From: Candidatus Enterousia sp.
GTDB taxonomy: Bacteria; Pseudomonadota; Alphaproteobacteria; Rs-D84
Length of the DNA: 50,495 bases
Reading direction: 5' to 3'
NCBI GenBank assembly: GCA_045601765.1
Contig: JAZSAG010000016.1
Location: forward strand, 1 to 50,495
The first letter of the stretch is position 1. The number at the start of each line of letters is the position of its first letter. Positions 44,945-50,495 of the stretch are shown here, in pieces. Below the pieces are notes generated by a model. It had not been told where the DNA came from and searched no databases. It saw only the letters and a program-made list of their open reading frames with translations. The position numbers and the translations under genes are program-made.

Positions 44945-45619
44945 ATGAAACTGACAAAAAAACAGCAAACTTGGAAAAATTTAGACATGGACAAGGTTTA
45001 CACTTTGTCTGATGCGATTGATGCATTGCGCGAATACACATCCAAGAAATTTGATGAAACATTGGAAATCGCAATCCGTTTGGGTATTGACGTGACCAAG
45101 GCCGATCAAAATATTCGTGGTATGTTGTCTTTGCCAAATGGTACCGGTAAATCTGTTCGTGTTGCCGTATTTACTGCAAATGCACAAGACGAAGCGAAAA
45201 AAGCAGGTGCAGATGTTGTTGGTGGCGAAGAATTGATTGAATCAGTTGCGGCTGGTAATATCAACTTTGACCGTGTTATCGCAACACCAGATATGATGCC
45301 AAAAATGTCAAAAATTGCACGTGTTTTGGGACCAAAAGGTTTGATGCCAAATCCAAAATTGGGTACGGTTACAAATAACGTTGCCGACGCCGTTGCCACG
45401 GCCAAGGCCGGTCAAATTGAATACCGTGCGGAAAAGAAAGGTATCATTCACGCAGGTATTGGTAAAATGTCATTTGAAACCGCAAAATTGGTTGAAAATG
45501 CAAATGCCTTGATTGAACAATTGAAAAAGGTAAAACCTGCATCTGCCAAGGGTCAATATATCTTGGGTATATCCGTTGCGACAACCCAGGGACCTGGCTT
45601 GAAAGTTGATGCGAAATAA
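44945..45619 (+). CDS. rplA: 50S ribosomal protein L1
   Basis: FDETLEIAIRLGID...NIRGMLSLPNGTGK...VIATPDMMPKMSKIARVLGPKGLMPNPK. Confidence 0.95.
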   Translation: MKLTKKQQTWKNLDMDKVYTLSDAIDALREYTSKKFDETLEIAIRLGIDVTKADQNIRGMLSLPNGTGKSVRVAVFTANAQDEAKKAGADVVGGEELIESVAAGNINFDRVIATPDMMPKMSKIARVLGPKGLMPNPKLGTVTNNVADAVATAKAGQIEYRAEKKGIIHAGIGKMSFETAKLVENANALIEQLKKVKPASAKGQYILGISVATTQGPGLKVDAK

Positions 45620-45624
45620 ATAGA

Positions 45625-45655
45625 CGCACAATCGTGAGGCAATCACGATTGTGCG
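45625..45655 (+). promoter_or_regulatory. 13-bp perfect hairpin at the start of the rplJ leader
   Basis: cgcacaatcgtga-ggcaa-tcacgattgtgcg, 6 nt after the rplA stop, with no T-run. Lies within the 188-nt rplA-rplJ spacer where L10 leaders are found. Confidence 0.4.
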
Positions 45656-45807
45656 CACAGATTTCTGTCCAAGACTGATGGTGTTCCCCCCGGAACTTAA
45701 TTTCCATCATAGACAAAGAAAATTCTTTGGGGCAGGAACAAAAGCCCCACCCAAGGGCAACCTTGGATGGAAAGTTAAACAAAACAGAAGCTTGAAGGAA
45801 AAAATAG

Positions 45808-46287
45808 ATGAGACGCGAAGAAAAATCAGATTTGATTTCAGCGTTGCAGTCGTCCCTGAAAGAAGCAAACGGTGTTTTCGTTGTTGAAAACCATGGTTTG
45901 ACTGTAAAAGAATTTGAAACCTTGCGCAATGAATTGCGTCCACTGGTTTCTGTATTCAAAGTGGTCAAAAACCGTTTGATGAAGTTGGCGTTAAAAGACA
46001 CCGACTTTGAACCTGTATCCGAAATGATGAAACGTCCGACCGCCGTTGCTGTTGCGACAGACGGTTTGGCTGTGACCAAAGTTTTGGCCAAATTTGCAGA
46101 AGAACATCCAAATTTGACAATTTTGGGCGGTAAAATGGATGCAGACGTTCTTGATGCGAACGGCGTATTGCAATTATCCAAGCTTCCTTCGCTGTTGGAA
46201 ATCCGCGGTACAATCGCACGCATTTTGGTCGAACCGGCGTCACGTATTGCACGCGTTTCAGCAGAGTATGGAAAAAAAGAACAATAA
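45808..46287 (+). CDS. rplJ: 50S ribosomal protein L10
   Basis: GAAGGA RBS. MRREEKSDLISALQSSLKEANGVFVVENHGLTVKEFETLRNELR is typical of L10. Confidence 0.9.
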   Translation: MRREEKSDLISALQSSLKEANGVFVVENHGLTVKEFETLRNELRPLVSVFKVVKNRLMKLALKDTDFEPVSEMMKRPTAVAVATDGLAVTKVLAKFAEEHPNLTILGGKMDADVLDANGVLQLSKLPSLLEIRGTIARILVEPASRIARVSAEYGKKEQ

Positions 46288-46335
46288 AAATCAGAATAGC
46301 AATATTCTGACCTACCTACAAATAGGAGTAAGAAA

Positions 46336-46701
46336 ATGGCAGACATTCAGAAATTAGTTGAAGAATTGTCAAAATTGACTGTTTTGGAAGCAGTTGAACT
46401 GTCCAAAGCATTAGAAGAAACATGGGGCGTAAGTGCCGCTGCTGCTGTTGCAGTTGCTGCTGGTCCTGTTGCTGCTGCTGCAGAAGAAAAAACAGAATTT
46501 GATGTTGTATTGGCCGAAGTCGGTGCAAACAAATTGGCTGTTATCAAGGCAGTAAAAGATATCACAGGTTTAGGTTTGGGCGAAGCCAAGGCTTTGGTTG
46601 AATCTGCACCAAAGGCAATAAAAGAAGCTGTTGCAAAAGATGAAGCCGACAAAATGAAGGCTACATTAGAAGCAGCAGGTGCCAAAGTTGAATTGAAATA
46701 A
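46336..46701 (+). CDS. rplL: 50S ribosomal protein L7/L12
   Basis: Ala-rich hinge, then [24 protein letters not shown]...AAGAKVELK. Confidence 0.95.
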   Translation: MADIQKLVEELSKLTVLEAVELSKALEETWGVSAAAAVAVAAGPVAAAAEEKTEFDVVLAEVGANKLAVIKAVKDITGLGLGEAKALVESAPKAIKEAVAKDEADKMKATLEAAGAKVELK

Positions 46702-46763
46702 TTCAACCTGGAACCGCATGGTTCTGAAAAATATCGTCATATGTGAATATGACAAATACGCCG

Positions 46764-46791
46764 CCCGTGTGAGATAAAAATCTCATACGGG
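46764..46791 (+). promoter_or_regulatory. Hairpin in the rplL-rpoB spacer (possible attenuator/processing site)
   Basis: cccgtgtgaga-taaaaa-tctcatacggg (11 bp, one G-U) with no T-run. An rplL-rpoB attenuator is known from E. coli. Confidence 0.3.
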
Positions 46792-46882
46792 CACCGAGGC
46801 GTAATAAAAAACACAAATAATAGAACGGTATTACAATATCGTTTGTTTGCACGAAACGCGTAAAAAAAAAGGATTAAAACCG

Positions 46883-49800
46883 ATGGCAGTTATCCAGAAA
46901 CTTAGAAAATCTTTTGGTAAAAGTTTTTTGCAAACTCCGCTTCCTGATTTAGTTGAAATTCAACATAGTTCCTATAAAGATTTCTTGCAGAAAGATGTAG
47001 ACCCACAAGAACGTAAAAATGTGGGCTTGCAGAACGTTTTCAATTCTATGTTTCCTATTACGGACAAAGAAGAAAATGTTAAATTGGAATTTGTTGAATA
47101 TACATTAGACGAACCTGTCTATGATGTAAAAGAATGTATGTTGCGTAACTTGACATATTCCAGCAAGCTGAGATTAAAATTAAAATTAAAGGTATTCGAC
47201 CCCGCAGATGAAACCAAAAAGGACGAACGGATACCTATTCATGAAATAGAACAAGATGTTTTCATGGGTGAAGTGCCACTGATGACAGAACGCGGCAGCT
47301 TTATCGCAGCCGGCGTTGAACGTGTTATCGTATCACAGATGCACCGCGCCCAGGGTGTTGTGTTTGCAACAACCAAAGAAGCCAAGATTGCTGGAAATCC
47401 GGTTACATATACTGCACGTATTATCCCAGAACACGGTTCTTGGATTGATTTTGAAGAATCCAAGGGTGTGATATACGTACGTATTGATCGTCGTCGCAAG
47501 GTTCCTGCCACGGTATTATTGCGTTGCCTGCCATCTGCCGAAGATGAAGGCAAATGGGCTGATAAACCACGTGATACATCAATTCGTGGTATGTCTGATA
47601 CAGAAATTTTGGGAACATTTTATAAACGTATTCCACTGTCATTCAATGGCAAATTGTGGACGGGTGACATTTCTGCCTTTGAAGGATTGGATAAATATCG
47701 TTTAAATTATGATTTGATTAATCCAAAAGACAAAAAAGTTATCGCATCCAAGGGCGACAGATTAAACGCCAAACGTTTCAAAAAATTATCCGAAGCGTCC
47801 AAAAACTTTGGTATTATGCCAGAGGCATTGTTGGGTGAATACTTGTTTGATCCAATTATGGTTGACGGCAAAGTCGCATTCCCATCTGGTACAGAATTAA
47901 CCGAAGAAGTCTTGAATGATTTGGACAAAATGAATATCAAAGAAATCAGTCTGATTTCTATTGATAATGCGACAATCAGCGCCCACATTCGCAATACTTT
48001 GATGGTTGATAAAACAACAAATCGCGAAGAAGCCTTGATTGAAATTTATAATATCATTCGTCCAGGCGAACGTCCAACATTAGAGGCCGCTATCAACCTG
48101 TTTATGCGCCAAGGTTTCGAGGCCGCATATTACGATTTGTCTGCGGTTGGTCGTTTCAAAATGAACAAGCGTTTGAAATTAGATTCTGGCAAACAACCAG
48201 AAGAAGAACGTTTGTTAAGCAAAGGCGACTTCTTAGCGGTGTTAAAGACATTAACAAATATTATTGACCGCAAAGACAGTGTTGATGATATTGATAACTT
48301 GTCAAATCGTCGTGTCCGTACGGTTGGTGAATTGTTGGAACAAAATTTCCGCACAGGTATGGTTCGCATTGAACGCCTGGTTCGTGAAAGTTTCACATCG
48401 CCAAAGATTGCAGAAATGCAACCCCAAGATGTTATCAATGTAAAACCATTGATGTCTTTGGTATCTGAATTCTTGGGCACGTCTCAGTTATCTCAGTTTA
48501 TGGACTCTTATAATCCATTGGCAGAATTGGAACATAAACGTTTGGTATCTGCATTAGGGCCCGGTGGTTTGAACCGTGACCGTGCCGGTATTGACGTTCG
48601 TGACGTTCATCCAACACATTATGGTCGTTTGTGTCCAATTCATACACCCGAAGGTCCAAATATTGGTCTGATTAACCACTTGTCTGCATACGCACGTGTA
48701 AATCCATATGGATTCATTGAAACACCATATTATATTGTTGAAAATGGTCGTGTCACAGACAAGATTGTATATCTGACCGCAGATGAAGAATTAGATCACA
48801 AGATCGCCCAGGGTAATACCCCAACAACAAAAGATGGTTTGTTGGCCGAAGACACAGTAACTGCACGTGTTGATGGTGAATTTACCATGGTTTCAAAAGA
48901 CGAAGTTGATTTGATTGACGTTGAACCACGTCAGGTTGTATCTATTGCAACTGGTCTGATACCATTCGTTGAAAACGACGACGCGAACCGTGCATTGATG
49001 GGTTCAAACATGCAACGTCAGGGCGTTCCATTATTACGTGTCCAGGCCCCATTGGTCGGTACAGGTATTGAACGCGAAGTTGCACGTGATTCCCGCACCG
49101 GCAAGGTTGTTCAGGCAAATCACAGTGGTATTGTTGAATCTGTTGACGCAAACCGCATTGTGGTTAAATGTATGAACAGTCGCAACGTTGTCACAGGTGT
49201 AGATATCTATAATTTGGAAAAATTCGGACGTTCTAACAGTGAAACAATCGTTCACCAAAAACCATTGGTCAAGGTTGGCGATCGTATTTCAGATGGCGAC
49301 ATTATTGCGGACGGTTCATCAATGAATTACGGTGAATTGGCGTTGGGTCGCAATGTATTGGTTGCATTTATGCCATGGCGTGGATACAACTATGAAGACT
49401 CTATCGTTATATCTGAAAAGATTTCACGTGATGACGTATTTACATCTATTAAAATCGTTGAAAAAGAATTCAAGGTTCGTGATACCCAATTGGGTCCCGA
49501 GGCTTTGACCCGCGACATTCCAAATGTTGGCGAAGAAGCGTTAAAGAATCTGGACGAATCTGGTATTATCTATGTTGGTGCACATGTTAAACAAGGTGAT
49601 ATTTTGGTTGGTCGTGTGACCCCTAAATCTGAAACATTGTTAACACCCGAAGAGGCATTATTGCGTAACATCTTTGGTGAAAAGGCATTGAATGTAAAGG
49701 ATACATCACTGCGTGTGGGACCAAACGAAGAAGGTACAGTTATCGGTGTAAACGTTCTGACCCGTCACGGTGTCAAGAAAGACGAACGCACCCAGATGAT

Positions 49801-50495
49801 TGAACAACAAAAGATAGAAAAAATAAACCAAAACTGCGAAGCAGAAACATCTATTATGGAAAAGGGCTTTGCGGATGTAATATTCCAATTGGCTGCCAAA
49901 CAGACAATTGCGGATGTCGCAGATAACAAGGCGCGCAGTGCATGGGCCAAGGGTATTATCAGTGCCAATGTTCCATCCAATGCAAAATTGTTAGGTGATA
50001 AAAAGACCAAAGATATTGTTGATGAAATCAGCAAGAATTTGGGCATAGATTCCAGTTTGGGTTCATTAAAGCCATTCGTCGGCAAGGTACTTGACAGCGA
50101 AGTATTCGAAGGTATCCGCCCAATAGATATCAAGAAATTGGTTGTCAAAGACGCCGCTGTTCAGGCCAAGATAGATGAAGAATGCGAAAAGCATTTAAAG
50201 AAACTGACAGCACTGCAGTTAAAAGCCGAAGCAGAACGCGTCAAGGCCAAGGAAAGCAATTCATTAAGTGCCGGTGTATTAAAAGAAGTAAAAGTGTATA
50301 TCGCACACAAAATGAAATTGCAACCTGGTGATAAAATGGCTGGACGTCACAAAAACAAAAATATCATATCCAAGGTTGTGCCCGTTGAAGACATGCCGCA
50401 TTTGGCAGACGGTACACCTGTTGATATCGTGTTGAATACATTGGACGTACCATCACGTATCAACATCGACCAGATTTTGGAAACCCACCTTGGTA
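46883..50495 (+). CDS. rpoB: DNA-directed RNA polymerase subunit beta, 3'-truncated by window edge
   Basis: Absent from the ORF track because the frame (positions congruent to 2 mod 3) stays open to base 50495. Translation from ATG 46883: MAVIQKLRKSFGKSFLQTPLPDLVEIQHSSY... Motifs GTSQLSQFMD, RDVHPTHYGR, NDDANRALMGSNMQRQ, PGDKMAGRH, QILETHLG. Confidence 0.9.
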   Translation, partial: MAVIQKLRKSFGKSFLQTPLPDLVEIQHSSYKDFLQKDVDPQERKNVGLQNVFNSMFPITDKEENVKLEFVEYTLDEPVYDVKECMLRNLTYSSKLRLKLKLKVFDPADETKKDERIPIHEIEQDVFMGEVPLMTERGSFIAAGVERVIVSQMHRAQGVVFATTKEAKIAGNPVTYTARIIPEHGSWIDFEESKGVIYVRIDRRRKVPATVLLRCLPSAEDEGKWADKPRDTSIRGMSDTEILGTFYKRIPLSFNGKLWTGDISAFEGLDKYRLNYDLINPKDKKVIASKGDRLNAKRFKKLSEASKNFGIMPEALLGEYLFDPIMVDGKVAFPSGTELTEEVLNDLDKMNIKEISLISIDNATISAHIRNTLMVDKTTNREEALIEIYNIIRPGERPTLEAAINLFMRQGFEAAYYDLSAVGRFKMNKRLKLDSGKQPEEERLLSKGDFLAVLKTLTNIIDRKDSVDDIDNLSNRRVRTVGELLEQNFRTGMVRIERLVRESFTSPKIAEMQPQDVINVKPLMSLVSEFLGTSQLSQFMDSYNPLAELEHKRLVSALGPGGLNRDRAGIDVRDVHPTHYGRLCPIHTPEGPNIGLINHLSAYARVNPYGFIETPYYIVENGRVTDKIVYLTADEELDHKIAQGNTPTTKDGLLAEDTVTARVDGEFTMVSKDEVDLIDVEPRQVVSIATGLIPFVENDDANRALMGSNMQRQGVPLLRVQAPLVGTGIEREVARDSRTGKVVQANHSGIVESVDANRIVVKCMNSRNVVTGVDIYNLEKFGRSNSETIVHQKPLVKVGDRISDGDIIADGSSMNYGELALGRNVLVAFMPWRGYNYEDSIVISEKISRDDVFTSIKIVEKEFKVRDTQLGPEALTRDIPNVGEEALKNLDESGIIYVGAHVKQGDILVGRVTPKSETLLTPEEALLRNIFGEKALNVKDTSLRVGPNEEGTVIGVNVLTRHGVKKDERTQMIEQQKIEKINQNCEAETSIMEKGFADVIFQLAAKQTIADVADNKARSAWAKGIISANVPSNAKLLGDKKTKDIVDEISKNLGIDSSLGSLKPFVGKVLDSEVFEGIRPIDIKKLVVKDAAVQAKIDEECEKHLKKLTALQLKAEAERVKAKESNSLSAGVLKEVKVYIAHKMKLQPGDKMAGRHKNKNIISKVVPVEDMPHLADGTPVDIVLNTLDVPSRINIDQILETHLG

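Noticed and set aside
45444-46346. 300-aa minus-strand ORF spanning rplA, rplJ and the rplL start
   Set aside because: It is antisense to three canonical ribosomal protein genes. The same applies to 46347-46706(-), antisense to rplL and kept open by the Ala-rich GCN codons.
46883-50495. Absence of any plus-strand ORF in the track over 3.6 kb, suggesting a pseudogene or non-coding region
   Set aside because: Manual translation shows one uninterrupted rpoB frame running off the window end. The track simply omits ORFs without a stop codon.

Overview
AT-rich bacterial chromosome segment. It looks most like an obligate-intracellular alphaproteobacterium (Rickettsiales/Holosporales-like). This is inferred from a GapR/DUF2312 gene, the tRNA-Trp-secE-nusG-rplKAJL-rpoB cluster, a scattered rvh-like virB8-10 set and REP/MITE-like palindromes. 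The housekeeping backbone is gyrA (5' partial), a MerR regulator, rmuC-def-fmt-truA, comEC, pyrG, pyk, a PBP5-type carboxypeptidase, recR, rsmA, a CPA2 antiporter, lspA, yidC, the ribosomal protein cluster and rpoB (3' partial; missing from the ORF track only because it has no stop in the window). Accessory content: (1) a stand-alone virB8-virB9-virB10 operon with unusual fusions (VirB9 with a C-terminal SPOR domain; a 796-aa VirB10 with an Ig-like module, an acidic Tyr-rich linker and a Cys-rich C-terminal extension). (2) Two inverted paralogues (3953-5449 minus, 35781-37097 plus) encoding secreted Cys-rich proteins with conserved ends and unrelated centres. Each has a structured terminator/antiterminator-like leader showing compensatory changes, and each is followed by the same palindromic repeat families. 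(3) A tRNA-Gln-linked block with a GC-rich structured element, a GIY-YIG gene, a CheD-fold-like orphan protein and a Pmp-repeat autotransporter. (4) A marR-tolC-miniMFP-RND efflux operon. (5) Small unexplained inserts inside conserved operons (fmt/truA and nusG/rplK). No CRISPR array, rRNA or intact transposase/integrase was seen. All family assignments are from motif recognition by eye; no searches were run.
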